Source: Naegleria gruberi
Lineage: Eukaryota
Assembly (NCBI GenBank): GCA_000004985.1
Contig: GG738887.1
Length of the DNA stretch: 64,000 nucleotides
Direction: 5' to 3' (one strand)
This document shows positions 27,792 through 39,300 of the stretch, piece after piece. Made by a program: the position numbers and the translations under genes. The notes below the pieces were generated by a model. That model worked only from the letters and a program-made list of their open reading frames with translations, made no database searches and had not been told where the DNA came from. The first letter of the stretch is position 1, and every line of letters starts with the position of its first letter.

Positions 27792-28250
27792 ATGTCTCCA
27801 CATCCAAAATGTCCATGCAAAGGTAGTTGTGTGAATTGTATGAAAAAGTTTAGTGGTATTGTGAAGAATAAAATTGGAGTGAGTAAGGTGCTTAATAGCT
27901 TGAAAAAGATTGGTTGGGGAGGTGAATTCTTCTCCCGTGAACAACCATCTCCATCAATGAACTCTTCGAATTGCTCATCATCTGGAGTGGTATCACCATT
28001 GCTTAATAGAAGATCATCAGTAGCAAATCTGGCCACATGTTCGACAGGTGCTGTTGGAGAATCCTCAACAAACTCCTCTGTCACTTCCCTTATTTCATCA
28101 ACTTCATCGGATAACTTGATGGTTGTTGGTTCTTCATCTTCATCATCAACGAATTGTTCCACCTTCTCGCCTACTTGTCGTTCTGTTGCTCATCATCACC
28201 ACGAACAGAAAGCAACATCATGTACAGTTCAAGAATCATCCTCCATGTAA
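27792..28250 (+). CDS. Small Cys/Ser-rich hypothetical protein (strand assignment tentative)
   Basis: ATG at 27792 follows aaaaaa, and the 152-aa ORF ends at TAA 28248-28250. It is Ser-rich low complexity with a C-x-C-x-x-S-C-x-x-C N-terminus. An antisense ORF (27782..28162) covers the same DNA but has no ATG at all (its track start is GTG), so the plus strand is favoured. No homology support. Confidence 0.3.
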   Translation: MSPHPKCPCKGSCVNCMKKFSGIVKNKIGVSKVLNSLKKIGWGGEFFSREQPSPSMNSSNCSSSGVVSPLLNRRSSVANLATCSTGAVGESSTNSSVTSLISSTSSDNLMVVGSSSSSSTNCSTFSPTCRSVAHHHHEQKATSCTVQESSSM

Positions 28251-28607
28251 ATAGATAAGGTTGTGTAGAACTCTGAAGAATTTTGCTTAATCTTTCACAT
28301 AGTTAAAATCGAGTCGTTACAAATTAGTGTAAATAAATATAACACAAGTTGTTTTAATAGTAACGAATTATTGATTATTTGTGTAAAGTGTAACTTGTTA
28401 ATAGTCAAAGGTCTCAAACTGGTATTATTATCAGGTGTAGAAGAATTAACATAGTTTGGCAACAAGTACTGTTTATTCCTTGTTAGGATGCAGTTTCTTC
28501 AGATATTTATTTCTAATGGTTTGAAAGATGTGATATCGTGATATTTTCTAAGAGGAACAGAGGGCCTGTTAGAAACTCATCTTAATATTGTTTATTTAAA
28601 AAAAAAT

Positions 28608-28883
28608 TTATATTAAAGTCTCCCTGTTTTTGCTTGTGTACACAATCAGAACAACCAGAGCAAGAACAGCGCCATGAATTATTTGAGTGGCTGGTAGTAA
28701 TTCCAGTTGTTTCTTCATTTCTTGAACCTCAGCACTTAATTGGTTAATATAAGTATTTAACTGGTTAATATTAGTAGTTAACTGAATATTAATCATCTCT
28801 TGTCTAGCGAGAACATCTCGCAAGTGCATATAATTATACATAAAATCATCTTGGAGTTGGGAAAATTGAAGTATTGAATCCAT
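28608..28883 (-). CDS. Tail-anchored coiled-coil protein (SNARE-like topology), possibly the terminal exon of a gene that continues across the 50-N gap
   Basis: ATG at 28881-28883 is confirmed and the 91-aa ORF has its stop at 28608-28610. It has a heptad-like segment (LRDVLARQEMINIQLTTNINQLNTYINQLSAEVQEMKKQLE) followed by one C-terminal hydrophobic helix (IIHGAVLALVVLIVY) and a short tail. An upstream minus-strand open frame (29017..29185, running into the N gap) could be an earlier exon via a GTGAGC donor at 29025-29020, which I verified, and an AG acceptor I place at about 28902-28901. That upstream exon is speculative. Confidence 0.35.
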   Translation of the reverse strand: MDSILQFSQLQDDFMYNYMHLRDVLARQEMINIQLTTNINQLNTYINQLSAEVQEMKKQLELLPATQIIHGAVLALVVLIVYTSKNRETLI

Positions 28884-29185
28884 GGCCGGGTAGAACTTGC
28901 TTAATTCAATACAAATTCCAACTGTAGAGTCATTTTGTAATTTTAATTCATGAGAAAATGTAGAAAGACCAATATCTACTAGTAGTTAATTTTCTTGTTC
29001 AATTTCGAGTTCTTGCTCACAGCCTAATAATCGTTGTCTCCTCCTTAATAATTTCTTCAATCAATCTAGTAGATTCATATAACACTGCATTAACTGGAAA
29101 ACTTAGTTCAATTTCAAGCTCACGTAGTGATGGATGTTTTTCAATTATAATTATCTCCTCATTATTGAATGTGATATTTGTTTTG

Positions 29186-29235
29186 NNNNNNNNNNNNNNN
29201 NNNNNNNNNNNNNNNNNNNNNNNNNNNNNNNNNNN
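29186..29235. other. Assembly gap (50 N)
   Basis: A run of exactly 50 n characters, the conventional placeholder for a gap of unknown size between contigs. Confidence 1.
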
Positions 29236-29601
29236 ACCCATAACCGAATTTGAGGCATGTAGTGTAATTCTAACATCACGATCAGCTCATTACTCTATGA
29301 AGTTTAATCTTTGCATCAAATCTGCTAAATTAACTTTTCAAATTTTAATGAAGAGGTCAGCAAATGTTTTTAAAGTTCCCAAAATGTTTTCAATGTTCAT
29401 TTTCAAAATTTCTTATCTATTTTTAAATATAATGACGAAATTTTCATCATCATTACAAAAAGTATGATGTCAACAACTCCGAAATTCAATGATGAAGACA
29501 CACGGTTTTCATTCATATAAAACCCATTGAACGATATTCTTGAAAAAAACAAGAATTTGCAAACAAGCAATTCAACTAACAATTCTAATAACTCAAACAA
29601 A

Positions 29602-30150
29602 ATGGACTTTTTCAAAAAGATTGGTCAATTCTTCTCTGGATGGCTCAGAGGTTTATTCGAAAATAAGGAAGCCAAGATTCTATTCCTTGGTTTGGATGCA
29701 GCTGGTAAAACTTCAGCTCTATATAAGATTCAATTAGATGAAAATGTTAGCACTATTCCCACCATTGGTTTCAATGCTGAAGTGTTACAATATAAGAAGG
29801 TAACTTTCAGAGTGTTTGATATTGGTGGCCAGGATAAGATTAGAAAGTTATGGAGACACTATTATCAATCGACAAATGCTATCATTTTCATTGTCGATTC
29901 TAATGATACTGAGAGATTTAAAGAAGCTGCCGAAACCTTACGGGAAGTTATGCAGGATGATTTATTGAAAGATGCCAAGTTATTGGTGTGGGCTAATAAG
30001 CAAGATTTGCCAAGAGCTGCCAATGTTAAAGATATGGTCAATACTTTGAAATTACACGAGATTAAGCAAGAATGGTACATCCAACCATGTAGTGCCCTGT
30101 CTGGCAATGGATTATTCGAAGGTTTGGATTGGTTATCCAGTAAATTGTAA
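29602..30150 (+). CDS. ADP-ribosylation-factor-like small GTPase (Arf/Arl family; closest by memory to ARL2/ARL3)
   Basis: The track's start at 29527 is TTG. The first ATG is at 29602 (caaaATGgac), and the 182-aa ORF ends at TAA 30148-30150. The G-motifs are GLDAAGKT (G1), TIGFN (switch I), WDIGGQ-type VFDIGGQ (G3), ANKQD (G4) and CSAL (G5). Blocks DIGGQ.KIR..W..Y, IVDS.D..RF and CSALSG.GL.EG.DWL recall ARL2/ARL3. The start is MDFF.., so there is no Gly2 myristoylation site. Confidence 0.8.
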   Translation: MDFFKKIGQFFSGWLRGLFENKEAKILFLGLDAAGKTSALYKIQLDENVSTIPTIGFNAEVLQYKKVTFRVFDIGGQDKIRKLWRHYYQSTNAIIFIVDSNDTERFKEAAETLREVMQDDLLKDAKLLVWANKQDLPRAANVKDMVNTLKLHEIKQEWYIQPCSALSGNGLFEGLDWLSSKL

Positions 30151-30364
30151 ATAAACACTTTGATATCTCATATTTCAAACTTGTCAAATAGGATTTCATC
30201 ATATTAGCCTCCAACCAATCTAAACACCATGACTAATTTAGAATTACTGTTAATTTCTAATTCTTGCAAAGTTTTTTCATCATCTTCCATTGACATCACT
30301 TTCGAATTGTGAATTATTCTAAATTCATTTCCAATGTTCCACTCCTCAGCCACCCTCCAACGTA

Positions 30365-33300
30365 NNNNNNNNNNNNNNNNNNNNNNNNNNNNNNNNNNNN
30401 NNNNNNNNNNNNNNNNNNNNNNNNNNNNNNNNNNNNNNNNNNNNNNNNNNNNNNNNNNNNNNNNNNNNNNNNNNNNNNNNNNNNNNNNNNNNNNNNNNNN
30501 NNNNNNNNNNNNNNNNNNNNNNNNNNNNNNNNNNNNNNNNNNNNNNNNNNNNNNNNNNNNNNNNNNNNNNNNNNNNNNNNNNNNNNNNNNNNNNNNNNNN
30601 NNNNNNNNNNNNNNNNNNNNNNNNNNNNNNNNNNNNNNNNNNNNNNNNNNNNNNNNNNNNNNNNNNNNNNNNNNNNNNNNNNNNNNNNNNNNNNNNNNNN
30701 NNNNNNNNNNNNNNNNNNNNNNNNNNNNNNNNNNNNNNNNNNNNNNNNNNNNNNNNNNNNNNNNNNNNNNNNNNNNNNNNNNNNNNNNNNNNNNNNNNNN
30801 NNNNNNNNNNNNNNNNNNNNNNNNNNNNNNNNNNNNNNNNNNNNNNNNNNNNNNNNNNNNNNNNNNNNNNNNNNNNNNNNNNNNNNNNNNNNNNNNNNNN
30901 NNNNNNNNNNNNNNNNNNNNNNNNNNNNNNNNNNNNNNNNNNNNNNNNNNNNNNNNNNNNNNNNNNNNNNNNNNNNNNNNNNNNNNNNNNNNNNNNNNNN
31001 NNNNNNNNNNNNNNNNNNNNNNNNNNNNNNNNNNNNNNNNNNNNNNNNNNNNNNNNNNNNNNNNNNNNNNNNNNNNNNNNNNNNNNNNNNNNNNNNNNNN
31101 NNNNNNNNNNNNNNNNNNNNNNNNNNNNNNNNNNNNNNNNNNNNNNNNNNNNNNNNNNNNNNNNNNNNNNNNNNNNNNNNNNNNNNNNNNNNNNNNNNNN
31201 NNNNNNNNNNNNNNNNNNNNNNNNNNNNNNNNNNNNNNNNNNNNNNNNNNNNNNNNNNNNNNNNNNNNNNNNNNNNNNNNNNNNNNNNNNNNNNNNNNNN
31301 NNNNNNNNNNNNNNNNNNNNNNNNNNNNNNNNNNNNNNNNNNNNNNNNNNNNNNNNNNNNNNNNNNNNNNNNNNNNNNNNNNNNNNNNNNNNNNNNNNNN
31401 NNNNNNNNNNNNNNNNNNNNNNNNNNNNNNNNNNNNNNNNNNNNNNNNNNNNNNNNNNNNNNNNNNNNNNNNNNNNNNNNNNNNNNNNNNNNNNNNNNNN
31501 NNNNNNNNNNNNNNNNNNNNNNNNNNNNNNNNNNNNNNNNNNNNNNNNNNNNNNNNNNNNNNNNNNNNNNNNNNNNNNNNNNNNNNNNNNNNNNNNNNNN
31601 NNNNNNNNNNNNNNNNNNNNNNNNNNNNNNNNNNNNNNNNNNNNNNNNNNNNNNNNNNNNNNNNNNNNNNNNNNNNNNNNNNNNNNNNNNNNNNNNNNNN
31701 NNNNNNNNNNNNNNNNNNNNNNNNNNNNNNNNNNNNNNNNNNNNNNNNNNNNNNNNNNNNNNNNNNNNNNNNNNNNNNNNNNNNNNNNNNNNNNNNNNNN
31801 NNNNNNNNNNNNNNNNNNNNNNNNNNNNNNNNNNNNNNNNNNNNNNNNNNNNNNNNNNNNNNNNNNNNNNNNNNNNNNNNNNNNNNNNNNNNNNNNNNNN
31901 NNNNNNNNNNNNNNNNNNNNNNNNNNNNNNNNNNNNNNNNNNNNNNNNNNNNNNNNNNNNNNNNNNNNNNNNNNNNNNNNNNNNNNNNNNNNNNNNNNNN
32001 NNNNNNNNNNNNNNNNNNNNNNNNNNNNNNNNNNNNNNNNNNNNNNNNNNNNNNNNNNNNNNNNNNNNNNNNNNNNNNNNNNNNNNNNNNNNNNNNNNNN
32101 NNNNNNNNNNNNNNNNNNNNNNNNNNNNNNNNNNNNNNNNNNNNNNNNNNNNNNNNNNNNNNNNNNNNNNNNNNNNNNNNNNNNNNNNNNNNNNNNNNNN
32201 NNNNNNNNNNNNNNNNNNNNNNNNNNNNNNNNNNNNNNNNNNNNNNNNNNNNNNNNNNNNNNNNNNNNNNNNNNNNNNNNNNNNNNNNNNNNNNNNNNNN
32301 NNNNNNNNNNNNNNNNNNNNNNNNNNNNNNNNNNNNNNNNNNNNNNNNNNNNNNNNNNNNNNNNNNNNNNNNNNNNNNNNNNNNNNNNNNNNNNNNNNNN
32401 NNNNNNNNNNNNNNNNNNNNNNNNNNNNNNNNNNNNNNNNNNNNNNNNNNNNNNNNNNNNNNNNNNNNNNNNNNNNNNNNNNNNNNNNNNNNNNNNNNNN
32501 NNNNNNNNNNNNNNNNNNNNNNNNNNNNNNNNNNNNNNNNNNNNNNNNNNNNNNNNNNNNNNNNNNNNNNNNNNNNNNNNNNNNNNNNNNNNNNNNNNNN
32601 NNNNNNNNNNNNNNNNNNNNNNNNNNNNNNNNNNNNNNNNNNNNNNNNNNNNNNNNNNNNNNNNNNNNNNNNNNNNNNNNNNNNNNNNNNNNNNNNNNNN
32701 NNNNNNNNNNNNNNNNNNNNNNNNNNNNNNNNNNNNNNNNNNNNNNNNNNNNNNNNNNNNNNNNNNNNNNNNNNNNNNNNNNNNNNNNNNNNNNNNNNNN
32801 NNNNNNNNNNNNNNNNNNNNNNNNNNNNNNNNNNNNNNNNNNNNNNNNNNNNNNNNNNNNNNNNNNNNNNNNNNNNNNNNNNNNNNNNNNNNNNNNNNNN
32901 NNNNNNNNNNNNNNNNNNNNNNNNNNNNNNNNNNNNNNNNNNNNNNNNNNNNNNNNNNNNNNNNNNNNNNNNNNNNNNNNNNNNNNNNNNNNNNNNNNNN
33001 NNNNNNNNNNNNNNNNNNNNNNNNNNNNNNNNNNNNNNNNNNNNNNNNNNNNNNNNNNNNNNNNNNNNNNNNNNNNNNNNNNNNNNNNNNNNNNNNNNNN
33101 NNNNNNNNNNNNNNNNNNNNNNNNNNNNNNNNNNNNNNNNNNNNNNNNNNNNNNNNNNNNNNNNNNNNNNNNNNNNNNNNNNNNNNNNNNNNNNNNNNNN
33201 NNNNNNNNNNNNNNNNNNNNNNNNNNNNNNNNNNNNNNNNNNNNNNNNNNNNNNNNNNNNNNNNNNNNNNNNNNNNNNNNNNNNNNNNNNNNNNNNNNNN

Positions 33301-36300
33301 NNNNNNNNNNNNNNNNNNNNNNNNNNNNNNNNNNNNNNNNNNNNNNNNNNNNNNNNNNNNNNNNNNNNNNNNNNNNNNNNNNNNNNNNNNNNNNNNNNNN
33401 NNNNNNNNNNNNNNNNNNNNNNNNNNNNNNNNNNNNNNNNNNNNNNNNNNNNNNNNNNNNNNNNNNNNNNNNNNNNNNNNNNNNNNNNNNNNNNNNNNNN
33501 NNNNNNNNNNNNNNNNNNNNNNNNNNNNNNNNNNNNNNNNNNNNNNNNNNNNNNNNNNNNNNNNNNNNNNNNNNNNNNNNNNNNNNNNNNNNNNNNNNNN
33601 NNNNNNNNNNNNNNNNNNNNNNNNNNNNNNNNNNNNNNNNNNNNNNNNNNNNNNNNNNNNNNNNNNNNNNNNNNNNNNNNNNNNNNNNNNNNNNNNNNNN
33701 NNNNNNNNNNNNNNNNNNNNNNNNNNNNNNNNNNNNNNNNNNNNNNNNNNNNNNNNNNNNNNNNNNNNNNNNNNNNNNNNNNNNNNNNNNNNNNNNNNNN
33801 NNNNNNNNNNNNNNNNNNNNNNNNNNNNNNNNNNNNNNNNNNNNNNNNNNNNNNNNNNNNNNNNNNNNNNNNNNNNNNNNNNNNNNNNNNNNNNNNNNNN
33901 NNNNNNNNNNNNNNNNNNNNNNNNNNNNNNNNNNNNNNNNNNNNNNNNNNNNNNNNNNNNNNNNNNNNNNNNNNNNNNNNNNNNNNNNNNNNNNNNNNNN
34001 NNNNNNNNNNNNNNNNNNNNNNNNNNNNNNNNNNNNNNNNNNNNNNNNNNNNNNNNNNNNNNNNNNNNNNNNNNNNNNNNNNNNNNNNNNNNNNNNNNNN
34101 NNNNNNNNNNNNNNNNNNNNNNNNNNNNNNNNNNNNNNNNNNNNNNNNNNNNNNNNNNNNNNNNNNNNNNNNNNNNNNNNNNNNNNNNNNNNNNNNNNNN
34201 NNNNNNNNNNNNNNNNNNNNNNNNNNNNNNNNNNNNNNNNNNNNNNNNNNNNNNNNNNNNNNNNNNNNNNNNNNNNNNNNNNNNNNNNNNNNNNNNNNNN
34301 NNNNNNNNNNNNNNNNNNNNNNNNNNNNNNNNNNNNNNNNNNNNNNNNNNNNNNNNNNNNNNNNNNNNNNNNNNNNNNNNNNNNNNNNNNNNNNNNNNNN
34401 NNNNNNNNNNNNNNNNNNNNNNNNNNNNNNNNNNNNNNNNNNNNNNNNNNNNNNNNNNNNNNNNNNNNNNNNNNNNNNNNNNNNNNNNNNNNNNNNNNNN
34501 NNNNNNNNNNNNNNNNNNNNNNNNNNNNNNNNNNNNNNNNNNNNNNNNNNNNNNNNNNNNNNNNNNNNNNNNNNNNNNNNNNNNNNNNNNNNNNNNNNNN
34601 NNNNNNNNNNNNNNNNNNNNNNNNNNNNNNNNNNNNNNNNNNNNNNNNNNNNNNNNNNNNNNNNNNNNNNNNNNNNNNNNNNNNNNNNNNNNNNNNNNNN
34701 NNNNNNNNNNNNNNNNNNNNNNNNNNNNNNNNNNNNNNNNNNNNNNNNNNNNNNNNNNNNNNNNNNNNNNNNNNNNNNNNNNNNNNNNNNNNNNNNNNNN
34801 NNNNNNNNNNNNNNNNNNNNNNNNNNNNNNNNNNNNNNNNNNNNNNNNNNNNNNNNNNNNNNNNNNNNNNNNNNNNNNNNNNNNNNNNNNNNNNNNNNNN
34901 NNNNNNNNNNNNNNNNNNNNNNNNNNNNNNNNNNNNNNNNNNNNNNNNNNNNNNNNNNNNNNNNNNNNNNNNNNNNNNNNNNNNNNNNNNNNNNNNNNNN
35001 NNNNNNNNNNNNNNNNNNNNNNNNNNNNNNNNNNNNNNNNNNNNNNNNNNNNNNNNNNNNNNNNNNNNNNNNNNNNNNNNNNNNNNNNNNNNNNNNNNNN
35101 NNNNNNNNNNNNNNNNNNNNNNNNNNNNNNNNNNNNNNNNNNNNNNNNNNNNNNNNNNNNNNNNNNNNNNNNNNNNNNNNNNNNNNNNNNNNNNNNNNNN
35201 NNNNNNNNNNNNNNNNNNNNNNNNNNNNNNNNNNNNNNNNNNNNNNNNNNNNNNNNNNNNNNNNNNNNNNNNNNNNNNNNNNNNNNNNNNNNNNNNNNNN
35301 NNNNNNNNNNNNNNNNNNNNNNNNNNNNNNNNNNNNNNNNNNNNNNNNNNNNNNNNNNNNNNNNNNNNNNNNNNNNNNNNNNNNNNNNNNNNNNNNNNNN
35401 NNNNNNNNNNNNNNNNNNNNNNNNNNNNNNNNNNNNNNNNNNNNNNNNNNNNNNNNNNNNNNNNNNNNNNNNNNNNNNNNNNNNNNNNNNNNNNNNNNNN
35501 NNNNNNNNNNNNNNNNNNNNNNNNNNNNNNNNNNNNNNNNNNNNNNNNNNNNNNNNNNNNNNNNNNNNNNNNNNNNNNNNNNNNNNNNNNNNNNNNNNNN
35601 NNNNNNNNNNNNNNNNNNNNNNNNNNNNNNNNNNNNNNNNNNNNNNNNNNNNNNNNNNNNNNNNNNNNNNNNNNNNNNNNNNNNNNNNNNNNNNNNNNNN
35701 NNNNNNNNNNNNNNNNNNNNNNNNNNNNNNNNNNNNNNNNNNNNNNNNNNNNNNNNNNNNNNNNNNNNNNNNNNNNNNNNNNNNNNNNNNNNNNNNNNNN
35801 NNNNNNNNNNNNNNNNNNNNNNNNNNNNNNNNNNNNNNNNNNNNNNNNNNNNNNNNNNNNNNNNNNNNNNNNNNNNNNNNNNNNNNNNNNNNNNNNNNNN
35901 NNNNNNNNNNNNNNNNNNNNNNNNNNNNNNNNNNNNNNNNNNNNNNNNNNNNNNNNNNNNNNNNNNNNNNNNNNNNNNNNNNNNNNNNNNNNNNNNNNNN
36001 NNNNNNNNNNNNNNNNNNNNNNNNNNNNNNNNNNNNNNNNNNNNNNNNNNNNNNNNNNNNNNNNNNNNNNNNNNNNNNNNNNNNNNNNNNNNNNNNNNNN
36101 NNNNNNNNNNNNNNNNNNNNNNNNNNNNNNNNNNNNNNNNNNNNNNNNNNNNNNNNNNNNNNNNNNNNNNNNNNNNNNNNNNNNNNNNNNNNNNNNNNNN
36201 NNNNNNNNNNNNNNNNNNNNNNNNNNNNNNNNNNNNNNNNNNNNNNNNNNNNNNNNNNNNNNNNNNNNNNNNNNNNNNNNNNNNNNNNNNNNNNNNNNNN

Positions 36301-39300
36301 NNNNNNNNNNNNNNNNNNNNNNNNNNNNNNNNNNNNNNNNNNNNNNNNNNNNNNNNNNNNNNNNNNNNNNNNNNNNNNNNNNNNNNNNNNNNNNNNNNNN
36401 NNNNNNNNNNNNNNNNNNNNNNNNNNNNNNNNNNNNNNNNNNNNNNNNNNNNNNNNNNNNNNNNNNNNNNNNNNNNNNNNNNNNNNNNNNNNNNNNNNNN
36501 NNNNNNNNNNNNNNNNNNNNNNNNNNNNNNNNNNNNNNNNNNNNNNNNNNNNNNNNNNNNNNNNNNNNNNNNNNNNNNNNNNNNNNNNNNNNNNNNNNNN
36601 NNNNNNNNNNNNNNNNNNNNNNNNNNNNNNNNNNNNNNNNNNNNNNNNNNNNNNNNNNNNNNNNNNNNNNNNNNNNNNNNNNNNNNNNNNNNNNNNNNNN
36701 NNNNNNNNNNNNNNNNNNNNNNNNNNNNNNNNNNNNNNNNNNNNNNNNNNNNNNNNNNNNNNNNNNNNNNNNNNNNNNNNNNNNNNNNNNNNNNNNNNNN
36801 NNNNNNNNNNNNNNNNNNNNNNNNNNNNNNNNNNNNNNNNNNNNNNNNNNNNNNNNNNNNNNNNNNNNNNNNNNNNNNNNNNNNNNNNNNNNNNNNNNNN
36901 NNNNNNNNNNNNNNNNNNNNNNNNNNNNNNNNNNNNNNNNNNNNNNNNNNNNNNNNNNNNNNNNNNNNNNNNNNNNNNNNNNNNNNNNNNNNNNNNNNNN
37001 NNNNNNNNNNNNNNNNNNNNNNNNNNNNNNNNNNNNNNNNNNNNNNNNNNNNNNNNNNNNNNNNNNNNNNNNNNNNNNNNNNNNNNNNNNNNNNNNNNNN
37101 NNNNNNNNNNNNNNNNNNNNNNNNNNNNNNNNNNNNNNNNNNNNNNNNNNNNNNNNNNNNNNNNNNNNNNNNNNNNNNNNNNNNNNNNNNNNNNNNNNNN
37201 NNNNNNNNNNNNNNNNNNNNNNNNNNNNNNNNNNNNNNNNNNNNNNNNNNNNNNNNNNNNNNNNNNNNNNNNNNNNNNNNNNNNNNNNNNNNNNNNNNNN
37301 NNNNNNNNNNNNNNNNNNNNNNNNNNNNNNNNNNNNNNNNNNNNNNNNNNNNNNNNNNNNNNNNNNNNNNNNNNNNNNNNNNNNNNNNNNNNNNNNNNNN
37401 NNNNNNNNNNNNNNNNNNNNNNNNNNNNNNNNNNNNNNNNNNNNNNNNNNNNNNNNNNNNNNNNNNNNNNNNNNNNNNNNNNNNNNNNNNNNNNNNNNNN
37501 NNNNNNNNNNNNNNNNNNNNNNNNNNNNNNNNNNNNNNNNNNNNNNNNNNNNNNNNNNNNNNNNNNNNNNNNNNNNNNNNNNNNNNNNNNNNNNNNNNNN
37601 NNNNNNNNNNNNNNNNNNNNNNNNNNNNNNNNNNNNNNNNNNNNNNNNNNNNNNNNNNNNNNNNNNNNNNNNNNNNNNNNNNNNNNNNNNNNNNNNNNNN
37701 NNNNNNNNNNNNNNNNNNNNNNNNNNNNNNNNNNNNNNNNNNNNNNNNNNNNNNNNNNNNNNNNNNNNNNNNNNNNNNNNNNNNNNNNNNNNNNNNNNNN
37801 NNNNNNNNNNNNNNNNNNNNNNNNNNNNNNNNNNNNNNNNNNNNNNNNNNNNNNNNNNNNNNNNNNNNNNNNNNNNNNNNNNNNNNNNNNNNNNNNNNNN
37901 NNNNNNNNNNNNNNNNNNNNNNNNNNNNNNNNNNNNNNNNNNNNNNNNNNNNNNNNNNNNNNNNNNNNNNNNNNNNNNNNNNNNNNNNNNNNNNNNNNNN
38001 NNNNNNNNNNNNNNNNNNNNNNNNNNNNNNNNNNNNNNNNNNNNNNNNNNNNNNNNNNNNNNNNNNNNNNNNNNNNNNNNNNNNNNNNNNNNNNNNNNNN
38101 NNNNNNNNNNNNNNNNNNNNNNNNNNNNNNNNNNNNNNNNNNNNNNNNNNNNNNNNNNNNNNNNNNNNNNNNNNNNNNNNNNNNNNNNNNNNNNNNNNNN
38201 NNNNNNNNNNNNNNNNNNNNNNNNNNNNNNNNNNNNNNNNNNNNNNNNNNNNNNNNNNNNNNNNNNNNNNNNNNNNNNNNNNNNNNNNNNNNNNNNNNNN
38301 NNNNNNNNNNNNNNNNNNNNNNNNNNNNNNNNNNNNNNNNNNNNNNNNNNNNNNNNNNNNNNNNNNNNNNNNNNNNNNNNNNNNNNNNNNNNNNNNNNNN
38401 NNNNNNNNNNNNNNNNNNNNNNNNNNNNNNNNNNNNNNNNNNNNNNNNNNNNNNNNNNNNNNNNNNNNNNNNNNNNNNNNNNNNNNNNNNNNNNNNNNNN
38501 NNNNNNNNNNNNNNNNNNNNNNNNNNNNNNNNNNNNNNNNNNNNNNNNNNNNNNNNNNNNNNNNNNNNNNNNNNNNNNNNNNNNNNNNNNNNNNNNNNNN
38601 NNNNNNNNNNNNNNNNNNNNNNNNNNNNNNNNNNNNNNNNNNNNNNNNNNNNNNNNNNNNNNNNNNNNNNNNNNNNNNNNNNNNNNNNNNNNNNNNNNNN
38701 NNNNNNNNNNNNNNNNNNNNNNNNNNNNNNNNNNNNNNNNNNNNNNNNNNNNNNNNNNNNNNNNNNNNNNNNNNNNNNNNNNNNNNNNNNNNNNNNNNNN
38801 NNNNNNNNNNNNNNNNNNNNNNNNNNNNNNNNNNNNNNNNNNNNNNNNNNNNNNNNNNNNNNNNNNNNNNNNNNNNNNNNNNNNNNNNNNNNNNNNNNNN
38901 NNNNNNNNNNNNNNNNNNNNNNNNNNNNNNNNNNNNNNNNNNNNNNNNNNNNNNNNNNNNNNNNNNNNNNNNNNNNNNNNNNNNNNNNNNNNNNNNNNNN
39001 NNNNNNNNNNNNNNNNNNNNNNNNNNNNNNNNNNNNNNNNNNNNNNNNNNNNNNNNNNNNNNNNNNNNNNNNNNNNNNNNNNNNNNNNNNNNNNNNNNNN
39101 NNNNNNNNNNNNNNNNNNNNNNNNNNNNNNNNNNNNNNNNNNNNNNNNNNNNNNNNNNNNNNNNNNNNNNNNNNNNNNNNNNNNNNNNNNNNNNNNNNNN
39201 NNNNNNNNNNNNNNNNNNNNNNNNNNNNNNNNNNNNNNNNNNNNNNNNNNNNNNNNNNNNNNNNNNNNNNNNNNNNNNNNNNNNNNNNNNNNNNNNNNNN

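Noticed and set aside
27782-28162. 126-aa acidic minus-strand ORF antisense to the Ser-rich ORF
   Set aside because: It contains no ATG codon at all; the track's M is a GTG. Its wobble positions mirror the plus-strand ORF, so it is probably a shadow ORF of low-complexity sequence. I kept it only as a caveat on strand assignment.
29017-29241. Minus-strand ORF translated through the 50-N gap (MGXXXX..)
   Set aside because: Its N-terminal part is inferred from N characters, so the start and length are meaningless. Only the 29017..29185 portion is real sequence, and I discuss it as a possible upstream exon of the SNARE-like ORF.
1-30364. Search for tRNA, rRNA, snRNA or CRISPR-like features
   Set aside because: I scanned for T-loop-like GTTCGAATC/GGTTCAA words and cloverleaf-compatible neighbours and found none. 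The only ttcgaat hits (about 7625 and 7744) lack acceptor or anticodon stem partners. There are no regularly spaced direct repeats, and CRISPR would not be expected in a eukaryotic nuclear genome anyway.
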